A stretch of 64,000 nucleotides of DNA. It comes from Tubiluchus corallicola. Its lineage: Eukaryota; Animalia; Priapulida. Under the pieces are notes generated by a model. The model was not told where the DNA came from, did not search any database, and worked only from the letters and a program-made list of their open reading frames with translations. Of this stretch, positions 52,947-64,000 are shown piece by piece (position 1 is the first letter of the stretch; each line of letters opens with the position of its first letter). Location of the stretch: contig JAQGDQ010000345.1 of the NCBI GenBank assembly GCA_030141605.1, positions 138,285 to 202,284 on the forward strand, given 5' to 3'. Both the position numbers and the translations under genes were made by a program.

Positions 52947-55586
52947 AGTGTTGGACATCGGTACTTAACTTTTCGATCAGTTAAAATCTCAAGTCTAAAA
53001 CTATCTCTTATAGTAATGGGTGAGCTGTTTTGTCGCCTATAACGTGCTTATTAATTGCATTTTATATTTCATTGCTCTACAATGAATAATTTTGAAATTG
53101 AAATTTCTGCATGAGCTGTTTAAATCTCTGTGAGAGTTAACAAATGGCTTTGATTTCTGAGAATGGGATAATAGCAAGTTATAGCATGATAATCAGAAAT
53201 TAAGGATATTAGATATGTGGTGTTCAGTCACAGCAAACTATGATGTTATAAAGTCAGCCAAACCAAGTTTATTCATATTGTGCCTAAAATTACGTTGTTT
53301 TATTTAGGTAGACATTTAAAAAATTAAGTTACGTTATATAAGGTATTTCATTTTAATGTTAAATTTGTTAAGAAAGCATTGTAATTAATAATATAACTGC
53401 AGTACTTTTTGAAAAGAAGCATCTATTGTTCAAATTAGAATGAAAATGGAAAAATAAATTTTAATGTTGTATGAACATGGTCTGTTATAACTAACTTGTT
53501 GCTAGATGACTGTGGGAATTATTAACGTCTCCTGCTGACCCGTGTTCCTGAGATATATATAACATGTAATAAATATAATTTTGCAAAACTAACACTTAGC
53601 TAGACAAGTGGAAACTAACTGGACTGTGCTACAAAATCAGCTATAAAATGCACTTCATTGAACTGTAAGTTGTATGTATAGTACACTATACTCTGTATTT
53701 CTGCATAGTTATAATGTGTATGGTAAAACTTGATTTACACACACCTGGCTGATGATGTTTATTATACAGTGGCAACGGAGCACTGACAATGTTGTAAAAA
53801 AACAAACCCTTTTTAGGTTACAACAGATTTTATGTTGTATTGCATTACTAATGTTTTAGCGAATACTGCAGTAATATTGACATCATTATAAGTGGGATTA
53901 GTATATTAAGAGGTAATGCAGATTGGTTCCATTACCATTGATTCTGATGAATTTTTATTGAACAGCTAACCTGTTCATGAATTAATGCTTATGATTTGGT
54001 ATGTCTTTAATTGCTTTATTTAAACTGTACATTAGTCTGTTACTTGTCTAAACTCCATTGCGAAACTAACTAACGTGTATGTGGTGCATATACAAGCAAA
54101 AATGTCTCAAAATGAAATTTCTTTGACAGTATTTAAATGACAGTGACAAGGCAACTGTAGGTCGTGCACTGCAATTTCCTGCTCTAGTTTGTTTTTTATT
54201 TTATTAAATTATAACAGAAAATATGTTCAGTGTTACTGGGGTTATTAGTACAATGTACTTGTACAGTGCATTTATATTGTGTTGTATAGTTATCTTTATT
54301 GAAATTGATACAACTTACATTGACTTTGTAAATTATAATATTTCAGTTGTAGTATCTCTACTAATTATGTTAGGTAGTTTTGTGTTTAAGTTTTTAATAA
54401 GTTTGGATAAATCTGGTCTAGTATAATTATTGCAGTTGAGGTCGTTGCTGTTGTTTAAGAAAATGTTACACTTGAGTCACATTGATGCCAATTTTTTACC
54501 TTAGACATATGTGTGATTACTTGCTTGACAATTGCGTTAATACTTGCTCTTGGAGATATGACGAAATGTGGTAAATACTAGCTTTAATCGATAGGTTGCC
54601 TCAAAAATACTGCATGTTGCTTTAAAAAAGACAGCTACTTGTGGCTTGGAATTTTTTTGAAAGTATGCTATTTTGTTTGATGCATCAAAAAAGCTAAAAA
54701 CTTGGTGTATGAGTAAAACAGTGCTTCATTTTTCTGGATGAAGCGGTTTAATTTTGTTACCATACATTCACTATCAGTGGACATCCATTCTGCAACATAC
54801 ATATAATGGAGAACATTTTTTTAAAACAAACAATTAACAACATTATAGACTGTTCTTGTTTGCTATGCCAAAACTGGATTTATCCTATTGCAAACATTTT
54901 ATTCTTGATAAAGATAATTATAAATTACAGGCTTTCTCCCACAAAACAATCTCTCTTATGGAGACCGAATAGTTCAATGCCAGAACCGACTAATCTATTT
55001 AACAAACACAAATGATTTATCATGATTTTTTATTCCTGTTGTATTGTAGTTTGTTGTTTATATGATACTGCTTGTCATACAAAATAAACATTAAAACTAG
55101 ACTCGTTTTGCTTTATGGTTGACATGTTATTGTTATAAGTGTACTTGTATGTAGTACATAATACACCGATCACAAAACGTCAACAACCAGCGGGGTCCTC
55201 CTCGCGATGGCCAATTAGCTCTTTTTTGTCTTCCCCCCTCGTTCGCCTGAGTTGCGCAACCAAGTGTGTATTTTTTTTCTCCAGCCATACAAGATTTCTG
55301 CAACTAAAATTTGTCTAGCAGTAGCACAGAGACATTATAGTGGTGAAACATAATGCTTGAGTAATAGTTATGTAGTGCCTAGAAAGATTAGAAACAGTCA
55401 GATTTATCAGTTTCTCCAAGCCAAAAAAACTCAAGCAAACCTGCCACTGAAAAAATATCTCCCAGTTAGGTATATAATTAATAAGGACTGTCTGTCCTTA
55501 TATCTAATCTAAAATATTAATAGTTTGTAATGCTGTGTCTATCAAATTTACTAGCATATTCACTCAGAAAAATTTCTTTTCCAGGT

Positions 55587-55969
55587 AGAGATGTGCACTT
55601 CGTCAAAATTATACGCAAAAAACGTGACTGATAATTAGGTGTAATTATGCAATGGTGACCAACTGCGTTGGTTGGACGGGTTTTCTTGACACATTTTTAG
55701 ACAAAAATGTCTCTTGCAGTTGAAAGCAATCAGATGTAAATAAAACAATAAAAAAGTTGTTTGTAGGCATAAACAGCCTTATTTCCTATCGTTTATACAA
55801 TCAAGAATTGAGTCCATTATTAGTTCGTCTGGAGTTAGCATACAAAAGTATAGGTCGTTATTACATTTGCCCAACTTTAAAACAGTTTGTAATTGAATAA
55901 CAAGAAATGAATCAAATAACCATGTGACGAAATTACTCAATTTCATCTTGACGAAGTATGTACACTCTT
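55587..55969. mobile_element. Small degenerate MITE
   Basis: AGAGATGTGCACTTCGTCAAAAT versus the reverse complement of the right end, AGAGTGTACATACTTCGTCAAGAT. Confidence 0.4.
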
Positions 55970-56674
55970 CGCACAGGCGTATAAAACCAAGTTTTGTTCA
56001 CAATTCAGTGAGCTACAAGTGTTGACAATATCTAAAATATTGCTTTGCTGCATAGAAAAGCTTTTGTGTGAGCTGTATAATTGTTGTGAGTTCTAGTTTT
56101 AAATGTGCCCGACTGGTGTGTGTGTTTAAGGCCATTTGAGCGGGATGTTGCACGGTGCTGCCATCTGGCAATGAAAATAATACGGAAAAATTTAGACTTC
56201 CTTTAAACAGTATGTAATTTTTCACAACTAGCAAAAACAATCCACAGTTAAGCGATTTGACCTGATAAGAGAAGGCCAATTTAAAAGAAAAGTAGTTAAT
56301 TAGCAGTTAGGTTTCTAGTGACCCTGAAATAGATCTAATATTTTTATACTGTGTTCCAAAGGGAAACTTTAATGAAAACCTTTAAGGGTTTATCGGGGAA
56401 AACCCTACATTTTTCAAGGAAAACCCTTTACAGAAACCTCACAAGAAATGCATGGCATTCACAAAAAAACCTGTTCAGAAGATTTTTCTATAGTAATTGA
56501 ATAAACCCATAATAATTTTTGAATCTTGAAACCAAATTTGCTCAAAAATAGGAAATTTACATGAAAAATTTACAATGCACTTGTGAAAGCGAAATGTCTC
56601 TGGTTCAAATCCAGAGTGTTTCTCAAATTCTTTACGTTTCCTGTCTTGGAGCAAATTTAGCTTCAAATTCAACA

Positions 56675-56800
56675 ATTGTGGATTTTGTAGTTAAAAACAA
56701 CACAACTTTATTAAAAACTTTTACATTAAAAAGTTAAAAGTTTGAAATTATGCCAGTTGTTTCGACTAATTGCTGCTGTCATGATCAGTGGTAAATTTCC
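56675..56800 (-). mobile_element. Penelope-like pseudo-LTR fragment with a degenerate minimal hammerhead ribozyme
   Basis: The minus strand reads CCA-CTGATCA-T-GAC(agcagcaatta)GTC-GAAAC-AAC-TGG, with AATAAA ~40 nt downstream. Confidence 0.5.
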
Positions 56801-56900
56801 AAACATACAACCAGTTTATATAGACAGAGCTACTATGCACCAATTAAGTAGTTGTAAGGTTCTTACACATAGCTAAACTAGATATTGCTGTAGTATAGTC

Positions 56901-58035
56901 TGTGGGAAGGGCTTCCTACCTATCACCCCTCCTTTCGTAATATACTATAACCTATCCATGCATAACATGATCTTGGAAAGTGCATGACACAGATATCCAG
57001 GAGAGTACAGTGTAACTGCTGAATCTGAAAGCAGCCAAAAATGCTTTAACTCTTAACTTTAACTTTACTTTACGAAAATGGTTAAAATCCTAAAGTTGAT
57101 TATATAAGAGTCTGAAGCACTAAACTTGTGCACATCTACTATCTGACTGATCTAACATAAAGAGACTATCAGTGGTGATACCAGACTACTTCAGTTTTGA
57201 TGTTGTGGATGGAGCTTTATTCACACTGATGAGATGTTGGAACTCTCTACGATGTGTCTTATTCTAAACTACATGGAAATGCGTGACTAGCCACCAGTGT
57301 CCAGACGTTGTGGATTGTGGACGTATCCTGAGTCAACCACAGAGACTTGTGAGCCATTCCTTAGTTCATGTTTGATTGGTGCTGCAGCCGGCGTCATCAC
57401 CGTTGATTGTTATGGCCATAGACTTGAAGTCGTTGATGTGTTGCTGTGACTGACTGGAGTGAGCTACGTCCGCGGACTCCTCTCCCATGTCCTTGTCCTC
57501 TCAGGGGAAGGGTTAACTGATAAGTAGACATTTTGTTTTCTTTCCACTTTGTCATTTTTGTTATTATGCTTTTATGCGAAACTGTTATTGATAATTTAAC
57601 CTGTTCTGATTTATCTAAACAGAGTAAAAAGTGAATAAAAATAGTAAACATAATCATAATCTTTTCCTCCATTTCATATAAGATTTTGTTGTTGGTATGT
57701 TTGGAATCTATGTATGTCATGGTCAACATGGAAAACCATAATGCCTAAGTAGACCCCCGTAAAACGTAACATCAAGCCTTAGACCCGCTGGTTTTTCAAG
57801 TGAGCCCTTCGACATTGCAACCTCACTAAAGATATATTAATTATACCTGTGTCGTTGAATTTTGGTTCATATGCCTTGTTGCCCTCTGGAAAATTGTAGG
57901 ACAACAACCGCCCACGTATGTTGCACAACCCTTTTGTTGTGAATGAAAGATGACGCGACAGGGTAGTCAGATTTGTGGATGAGTTGGGAGGTAAAGAGTT
58001 GCACCCCCACCATAAAAATCTACTAGCTCCCAACA
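56901..58035 (+). repeat. Putative 5' LTR of the Gypsy element
   Basis: TGTGGGA...TCCCAACA termini, TATA-like TATATAA at 57101, AATAAA at 57634, and a PBS 4 nt after the end. The left boundary is unverified because the 3' LTR is outside the window. Confidence 0.55.
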
Positions 58036-58039
58036 TATT

Positions 58040-58051
58040 TGGTGGCAACGG
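58040..58051 (+). promoter_or_regulatory. Primer binding site, tRNA-Leu-like
   Basis: TGGTGGCAACGG, one mismatch from TGGTGGCAGCGG, the complement of the 3' end of tRNA-Leu(AAG/UAG class). Confidence 0.65.
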
Positions 58052-58685
58052 TTTTCTTTATAACAAACCCATTTTACAAAGTTGAAAATGTTTATTTTTC
58101 ATTCTGCTTAGTAGTTTTGCTTAAGTAGACTAACCAAGTTATTAACCTTGGAGTAAAGTATCAAAGTTGTTTTAGGTGAATGAAAGAAGCCATACAGTAT
58201 TAAGCTGTCAAATTAGGCCCTACATATTAATATTGTTAATTTTGCTTGGAATTTGGATTTATTGTTAGCTGCCTGAAGTTATTGATATGATTGTTGTTGT
58301 GGTTAGGATTATTTTTATTTGAGCCATTGAATGCATGAGTTGATTAATTGTCCTAGTTTAGAGTGCTATTACTGTCTTACAAATCTGCGTTTTTCAGTCA
58401 GCTGTTTTGATAAGAAATTTCCACTCAGACGGTGTGACCCAGATAACGTTAGCTGGTCACATTCAGATAAATTTGCGTTTATAAACGGCTGCATGTAAAA
58501 CCGGTAGCTGGTAAATATAGAGCCATTCAAAATTTTATTGCTCTTAGCTGTCCTTGAACGATAGTAAAGCGTTTAACATTACCTTATTGATACAAAGTTT
58601 ATTATAGAAGCCAGGTGACTTATTGCTTGTTTAGTTAAACTGGAATTGCAAATCCCTGCTCGTTTTTGAGATAAACTATTGTACC

Positions 58686-61600
58686 ATGGATGCATTCACG
58701 CATGAAGAATTAAACAGTAAACCTGTCACTGAGTTAAAGAGAATTTCTAAATCTCTAAATATTAAAGTTGGACAACTTGCAAAGCAAGAGTTAATTAATG
58801 AAATTTTAGTGACTCAACTCCAACATGATAAACACCCAGATTTATCTCAGCAGATTGCCCAAGAAAAATCAGACACATTAGTAGGTACAGATGGTGATAA
58901 ACGACCAACTCACTTATTTGACCCTTTACATAAAGGTGGTGCAGATAAAGTGGAAGCACCAGTTGATAAACAAACAAACCTCAGTACTGTGGAACAGGTC
59001 CTTAAGCCCAGCGTTAGACCAAAAGTTCCAGCACAAATAATTGCCGCAGAAGGTGGCCCTGATTCTGAACAAGTCAGAGATACCACTTTTGGGGTAAAAG
59101 AAATACTCAGTACAATTGAAAAAGTGCAGTCAGCTGAACAATTACAAGTTCTTTCACAAATGCTGCAAATACAGTATGAATTTGAACAAAGAAAAATGGA
59201 ATTAGCTGATAAAGATAAACAAGAAGCACGTCGCTTCGAATTACAAATGGCACAAATAAACTTAGAGTCTAACAAATGTAGTACACCTGTGGTGTCACAT
59301 ACATCAACTAATCCTTTCACGAAACAACCTACAACAGTCAAAATGCGTCATTATGATGAATCAAAAGACAAGATTCACCATTTCTTAACATACTTTGAGA
59401 ACATAATGACACTCCATAATGTCCCGTTGGAGGAATACTCAGCCAATTTAGGAAGAGTGCTCACAGGCAGAGCGTCAGACTTTTTGATTGAGATGAGTCC
59501 TAGTGACATTATTGACTACACAAAAGTCAAAGAACATCTCTTGAACTGCTACAAAATTTCAAAGGATCAGTTCAGACATGATTTCAGAGCAACACAGAAA
59601 AAACGCTCAGAAAATTACAAATCATTTTTCAAGAGAATTAAACAGAATGGTCTATTGTGGATCAATTCATTACAACCAAAGACAATAGACGAAGTTTGTG
59701 ACATTTTCTTTCTAGAAGATGCGTACAACAAACTGCCTTCGGACATGGTTTCGTATCTAAAGTGTCAAACATACACTTCATATGCAGATATGGCGGAACT
59801 TGCCGATGTATATGCGAGTTCTCTTACCAATGTACCGAATAATAAACCACTGAGCCCAAGACTACAACATAGACAAAGCTTTCGTAGCTACAGTGAAAAT
59901 GTTAAGTCATCAGATGCAGCTAGAAATAAAGACTTACAATGTCTTATATGTGGCAAAAGAAACCACACAACCCAAGATTGCTTTAAAAGAAACAATGCTA
60001 ATAGCAACAATGTTTCCAGAAACAACAGCAATCAACAGCAAAACAAATACATTGACAACAAAGCAGCAAGACGACAATTGCTCAGCGAAACTCATAAAAG
60101 GCAAAGAGCCAACTCAACGTCTACTATACCAGTTGTCAAGTTTGATCAGAAAAATGATCACAGGTTTCCCATTGTTGTGAATGGATTTTCTTTGATCGGT
60201 CTTCTAGACACAGGTGCCGATAGTTCACTTGTTCATCCAGGTTATGTATCAGATGATCAGTACCTTGGTAAAGATGCATACACCAAATGCTGCCACGGTT
60301 ATAGCCTGAAAAACCCTCTGGTACGCATCCCAGTTAAAAGCGAAATCGCGACTGGTTGGCTAATTGCTGCAGTGGAAGAGAATCTCCCAGTTGATTTTGT
60401 ATTGGGGACGGACTTCAAAATGAGCCTTACTCCTTTCTCTGCTAAAGATATGGCCAAAATTAAAGAGAAAGACACTCCCTTCTCGAATAAAGTGAAAGCG
60501 GAGGTTAGATCTTCTCAAAATAGACCGCCAGTCGTCCATCCTAAACATAAAGATGAAGAAAAAGAAAAGGATAAAGCTATCTCAAAAGCTACTAGCACAG
60601 TAGACTCGAGCGAGGACTACAATAAAAAAGATACTCCTCATGTCATTGCTGTCACTAAATGTAGTCAGCGAATGGAAGCTAAGACTTCGAGTACTTCTTG
60701 TCAAACTTTGAAGGATGCCTTAAAGGTAGATGCTTGGACCAATCCTAAGGAGCGGATCCTAAATGATCCTAAGCATACCATTTCTTGTTCGCCAGATGTA
60801 CTTGTTGCTACTCGGTCTCAAGCACGCAAACAAAACCTTGAGCAACGAATACAAAAGGATGCAGTAAAGATGCTTACTGATGAACAAAAGCAAGAAAGTC
60901 TCAGGGAGACTGATAGTGCAGATACACTTCCAGATAACCCAAATACTCTAGCAGCAGAGTATCAAGACACCGATCTTTTAGCAAGTGTCAACAGGATTAA
61001 ACTTGCTGCTGAGCAAAGAGAGGATGCCACTCTCAGAAATCTTTTTGATCATCTTCTGATGTATTCTGAAGCAAAGAAACAAGGATCAGGATACTTTCTC
61101 AGAGATAATGTCTTATTCCTTCTCAAGAAAAAGAAGCGAGACAATTCCTTCTTGGAGTTACTAGTAGTACCTTCCACCAGAAGATTACAGGTTCTTGAGC
61201 TTGCACATGATGCTAGAACTGCCGCCCATTTTGGGATACGGAAAACAACTCATCGTGTTCTTGACTATTATACTTGGCCAGGGGTCCATTCTGCCATAAA
61301 GAAGTACATTAAAACTTGCACTTCATGTCAGAAAACCAGCCGTATAATGAAAGCAGATAGAGCTAGACTCAAACCACTTCCTATTATTGAAAAACCGTTT
61401 GCAAGGTTGAATATTGACATTATTGGCCCTCTGCAAAAAACGAAGCAAGGCAACAGATATGCTCTTACAATAATTGACCAAGCAACCCGTTTTCCAGATT
61501 GCTACCCCATGAAGAATCAAACAGCATCTTCTGTAGCGGATGCTCTTACTCACTTCATGTGTAGACATGGAATTCCTGAAGAAATCCATTGTGATCAAGG

Positions 61601-61805
61601 AACACAGTTCAAATCTACACTGATCAAGGATCTCGAGGAGGCCATACATATTAAAGGTATATTCTCCACTCCATACCATCCTGAATCAAATGGTTTGGTA
61701 GAGAAAATGAATGATGTTCTGAAACAGTCCATTAAGAAACTTAGCCATCGATCACAAAGAGTCAGACTGGGACGAACTATTACCTTTTATACTCTTTGCA
61801 TATAG
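58686..61805 (+). CDS. Gag-protease-integrase polyprotein; the true frame is lost at ~61740
   Basis: CCHC knuckle CLICGKRNHTTQDC (59940), protease LLDTGAD (60207), integrase HHCC (HDARTAAH...CTSC) and DDE core (IDIIGP, HCDQG, NGLVEKMN). Confidence 0.93.
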   Translation: MDAFTHEELNSKPVTELKRISKSLNIKVGQLAKQELINEILVTQLQHDKHPDLSQQIAQEKSDTLVGTDGDKRPTHLFDPLHKGGADKVEAPVDKQTNLSTVEQVLKPSVRPKVPAQIIAAEGGPDSEQVRDTTFGVKEILSTIEKVQSAEQLQVLSQMLQIQYEFEQRKMELADKDKQEARRFELQMAQINLESNKCSTPVVSHTSTNPFTKQPTTVKMRHYDESKDKIHHFLTYFENIMTLHNVPLEEYSANLGRVLTGRASDFLIEMSPSDIIDYTKVKEHLLNCYKISKDQFRHDFRATQKKRSENYKSFFKRIKQNGLLWINSLQPKTIDEVCDIFFLEDAYNKLPSDMVSYLKCQTYTSYADMAELADVYASSLTNVPNNKPLSPRLQHRQSFRSYSENVKSSDAARNKDLQCLICGKRNHTTQDCFKRNNANSNNVSRNNSNQQQNKYIDNKAARRQLLSETHKRQRANSTSTIPVVKFDQKNDHRFPIVVNGFSLIGLLDTGADSSLVHPGYVSDDQYLGKDAYTKCCHGYSLKNPLVRIPVKSEIATGWLIAAVEENLPVDFVLGTDFKMSLTPFSAKDMAKIKEKDTPFSNKVKAEVRSSQNRPPVVHPKHKDEEKEKDKAISKATSTVDSSEDYNKKDTPHVIAVTKCSQRMEAKTSSTSCQTLKDALKVDAWTNPKERILNDPKHTISCSPDVLVATRSQARKQNLEQRIQKDAVKMLTDEQKQESLRETDSADTLPDNPNTLAAEYQDTDLLASVNRIKLAAEQREDATLRNLFDHLLMYSEAKKQGSGYFLRDNVLFLLKKKKRDNSFLELLVVPSTRRLQVLELAHDARTAAHFGIRKTTHRVLDYYTWPGVHSAIKKYIKTCTSCQKTSRIMKADRARLKPLPIIEKPFARLNIDIIGPLQKTKQGNRYALTIIDQATRFPDCYPMKNQTASSVADALTHFMCRHGIPEEIHCDQGTQFKSTLIKDLEEAIHIKGIFSTPYHPESNGLVEKMNDVLKQSIKKLSHRSQRVRLGRTITFYTLCI

Positions 61806-62676
61806 AGAAGTGCCACAGAAGAGTACAGGCTATAGTCCTTTTGAATTGGCTTATGGCTACCCAGTCAATGGCCCAATGGCTACTTTATCTAGAAGATGGG
61901 GACTGAAACAATCTTCATCACCACAAGATGTTGATGAATATGTTGCAACAATTCTGCATAGAATGGAAGACAGCACTGACAATGTCAGAGAGTCACTCAA
62001 GAAAGCAAAGATTGCACAAGCCGAGTGGTATGATAGAAAATCTAGAGATCGTTCTCTTGAGATAGGCTCACTGGTTAAACTTCTTCTTCCTAAGTCCAAA
62101 AAGAAAATGCAAAAACAGTGGAAAGGTCCATATGAGGTTGTGGACAAAATCTCAGACCACGTATACAAAATTGCTTTAGGTGGTCGAAAGAAGAAACAAC
62201 AGAATTTTCATATTAATCTCATTCAACCTTGGTATTCAAGAGACGAGACAGAAATCCTCTTCTCACAGAACATATTACCGAAGACTGCCCTTCAGCTGAT
62301 GGCATCTTCCATAGATAGTCCTTCTCTCTTATCGGTTTATTCAGATTTCCCAAAACTCTATGATGATACTTCTTCTGATTCACCAATGCAGGAAGGCAAA
62401 CTGGATGACAGTTGTTTTCCACCAACAAAGGTAGAACAAAAGCAAACTGTTGATGATATAAAATATCCAGAACATCTAGATGAAGCAAAAGTCAAAGAAC
62501 TCAAGAATGCTCTTGAACAGTTCACGGATGTTTTTTCAGATATTCCAGGAAAGACAAACCTCATTGAACATGAGATATTGATAAACACTGACAAGCCCAT
62601 TTCTTCTAATATAATCGTTCTGCACAAACTCAGCGGGAGGCGATATACAAAGAAATTAAAGAAATGGAGATGTTAG
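61741..62676 (+). CDS. Integrase C-terminus (GPY/F module) and linker to RT; frameshifted segment
   Basis: DWDELLPFILFAYREVPQKSTGYSPFELAYG, WKGPYEV, FSDIPGKTNLIEHEI. Confidence 0.88.
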   Translation, partial: LAIDHKESDWDELLPFILFAYREVPQKSTGYSPFELAYGYPVNGPMATLSRRWGLKQSSSPQDVDEYVATILHRMEDSTDNVRESLKKAKIAQAEWYDRKSRDRSLEIGSLVKLLLPKSKKKMQKQWKGPYEVVDKISDHVYKIALGGRKKKQQNFHINLIQPWYSRDETEILFSQNILPKTALQLMASSIDSPSLLSVYSDFPKLYDDTSSDSPMQEGKLDDSCFPPTKVEQKQTVDDIKYPEHLDEAKVKELKNALEQFTDVFSDIPGKTNLIEHEILINTDKPISSNIIVLHKLSGRRYTKKLKKWRC

Positions 62677-63848
62677 GCGTCATCGAAAAATCTGATAGTC
62701 CTTGGGCTAGTCCGATAGTAATTGTTCCTAAGGAAGATAATACAATTCGTTTTTGCATTGACTTCAGAAAAGTCAACAAAGTTACACATTTCGATAACTA
62801 TCCTCTTCCAAGAATGGACGAAATGTTAGATGAGTTACAAGGTGCTCACTACATCACTAGTCTCGACATGACTAAATACTATTGGCAAGTTCCAATGAAA
62901 GAAAGCTCTAAACCAATTACAGCTTTCGTTACTGAATTTGGAAAATGGCACTTTAACGTAATGCCTTTCGGCTTATGTAATTCGAGTGCAACAGCTCAAA
63001 GACTAGTGGACCAAGTCCTAGAACCTATCATTCAACATGCCCGCGGCTACATAGATGATGTGATAATAAAGAGTAATACGTGGGAAGAACATCTTGATCA
63101 TATTCATCAAGTTCTTTCACTAATCAGAGAAGCTGGTCTTACAGTAAAACCACTGAAATGTAACTTTGCACAAACAGAAACTAAGTTTCTCGGTCATATC
63201 ATTGGCAATAGTCAGATCAAACCACAACCACAAAAAATTGAAGCAATTTCTAACTTTCCTCGACCAATGACAAAAAAACAAGTCCGCTCATTTCTTGGTC
63301 TTGTTGGCTTTTATCGCCGTTTTGTCCCTGGTTTTGCAAAAATTGCTGCTCCCCTATTTGAACTGACACAAAAACACAAACCCAATGATATTCACTGGTC
63401 AACAGAGTGTGAGAACAGTTTTGAAAAACTACGTAACTCGTTACACTCAGAATCAGTACTGAAAAGTCCAAACTTTTCCAAGCCGTTTAAATTAACAACA
63501 GATGCTAGTTTTCAAGGCTTAGGTGCCATACTGACACAAGTTGACGATGATGGCAATGAAAAACCTATTACATACTTAAGCCGCAAACTCTCAAGTGCAG
63601 AATCTAGGTACTCTATAGTAGAATTAGAACTGCTTGCTATTATCTATGCAGTTGAAAAACTTCGCTACTACTTGTTAGGTCGAAAGTTTACAATATGCAC
63701 AGATCAAAGAAGTCTAACGTTTCTACACCAAATGAGAAATAAAAACAGAAAGATCTGTAGATGGTCTCTTCTTCTCTCAGAATATAATTTTGACATAGAA
63801 TACAAGAAAGGTTCTGAAAATCTTGCTGATGTTTTCTCAAGAGCCTAA
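62664..63848 (+). CDS. Gypsy-type reverse transcriptase and RNase H
   Basis: SPWASPIVIV, RFCIDFRKVN, VMPFGL, YIDD, FLGLVGFYRRF, TDAS, ELELLA, TDQ, ADVFSR. Confidence 0.96.
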   Translation: MEMLGVIEKSDSPWASPIVIVPKEDNTIRFCIDFRKVNKVTHFDNYPLPRMDEMLDELQGAHYITSLDMTKYYWQVPMKESSKPITAFVTEFGKWHFNVMPFGLCNSSATAQRLVDQVLEPIIQHARGYIDDVIIKSNTWEEHLDHIHQVLSLIREAGLTVKPLKCNFAQTETKFLGHIIGNSQIKPQPQKIEAISNFPRPMTKKQVRSFLGLVGFYRRFVPGFAKIAAPLFELTQKHKPNDIHWSTECENSFEKLRNSLHSESVLKSPNFSKPFKLTTDASFQGLGAILTQVDDDGNEKPITYLSRKLSSAESRYSIVELELLAIIYAVEKLRYYLLGRKFTICTDQRSLTFLHQMRNKNRKICRWSLLLSEYNFDIEYKKGSENLADVFSRA

Positions 63849-64000
63849 ATTCGAATTGTTAGGTTAAGTAGAGCTTGATCTCCAATGAATAAGCATTTAC
63901 TTGCTAAGATATTTTCTTTTTTCTTGCAAATTACCTTAGTGTGAAAAACATTAAAGTCAAGGTATACATGTTATTGAATAATGTGATTTTGTTACTAATA

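Larger units (their letters stand above)
56901..64000 (+). mobile_element. Gmr1-like Ty3/Gypsy LTR retrotransposon (gag-PR-INT-RT-RH) with two frameshifts; continues beyond the window
   Basis: Domain order read from the three ORFs; LTR and PBS upstream. Confidence 0.92.

Noticed and set aside
55190-55270. GC-rich patch with a CCAAT box
   Set aside because: No linked exon or recognisable RNA motif; it could be a promoter or a transposon end but is unsupported.
57226-57285. CTGATGAG in the LTR as a hammerhead core
   Set aside because: No stem II closed by GAAA.
58910-59341. Antisense ORFs over gag/pol, importin and the LINEs
   Set aside because: Shadow ORFs of real coding strands with no recognisable motifs.

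Overview
AT-rich metazoan (invertebrate-like) nuclear DNA with GT-AG introns. I reconstructed three host genes by hand: a 3-exon copper chaperone ATOX1 (+, 8146-9945, MTCEGC motif), a 22-coding-exon PDZD8 (-, 14196-37735, about 1055 aa, TM-SMP-C2/PDZ-C1-coiled coil) and an importin alpha-3 family gene with an intronless CDS (+, 49173-50735). Much of the remainder is transposon-derived: two inverted copies of one LINE family, CR1-type LINEs, a non-autonomous Helitron carrying a 1.2-kb GT satellite and inserted in an (ATT)n tract, three Tigger/pogo remnants, MITEs, a tRNA-derived SINE and a Penelope-like minimal hammerhead remnant. The window ends in a Gmr1-like Ty3/Gypsy LTR retrotransposon with the inverted PR-INT-RT-RH order. 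The most unexplained signal is a GC-rich, about 166-nt multibranched RNA-like fold starting 19 nt into ATOX1 intron 2. All calls are manual readings without database searches.
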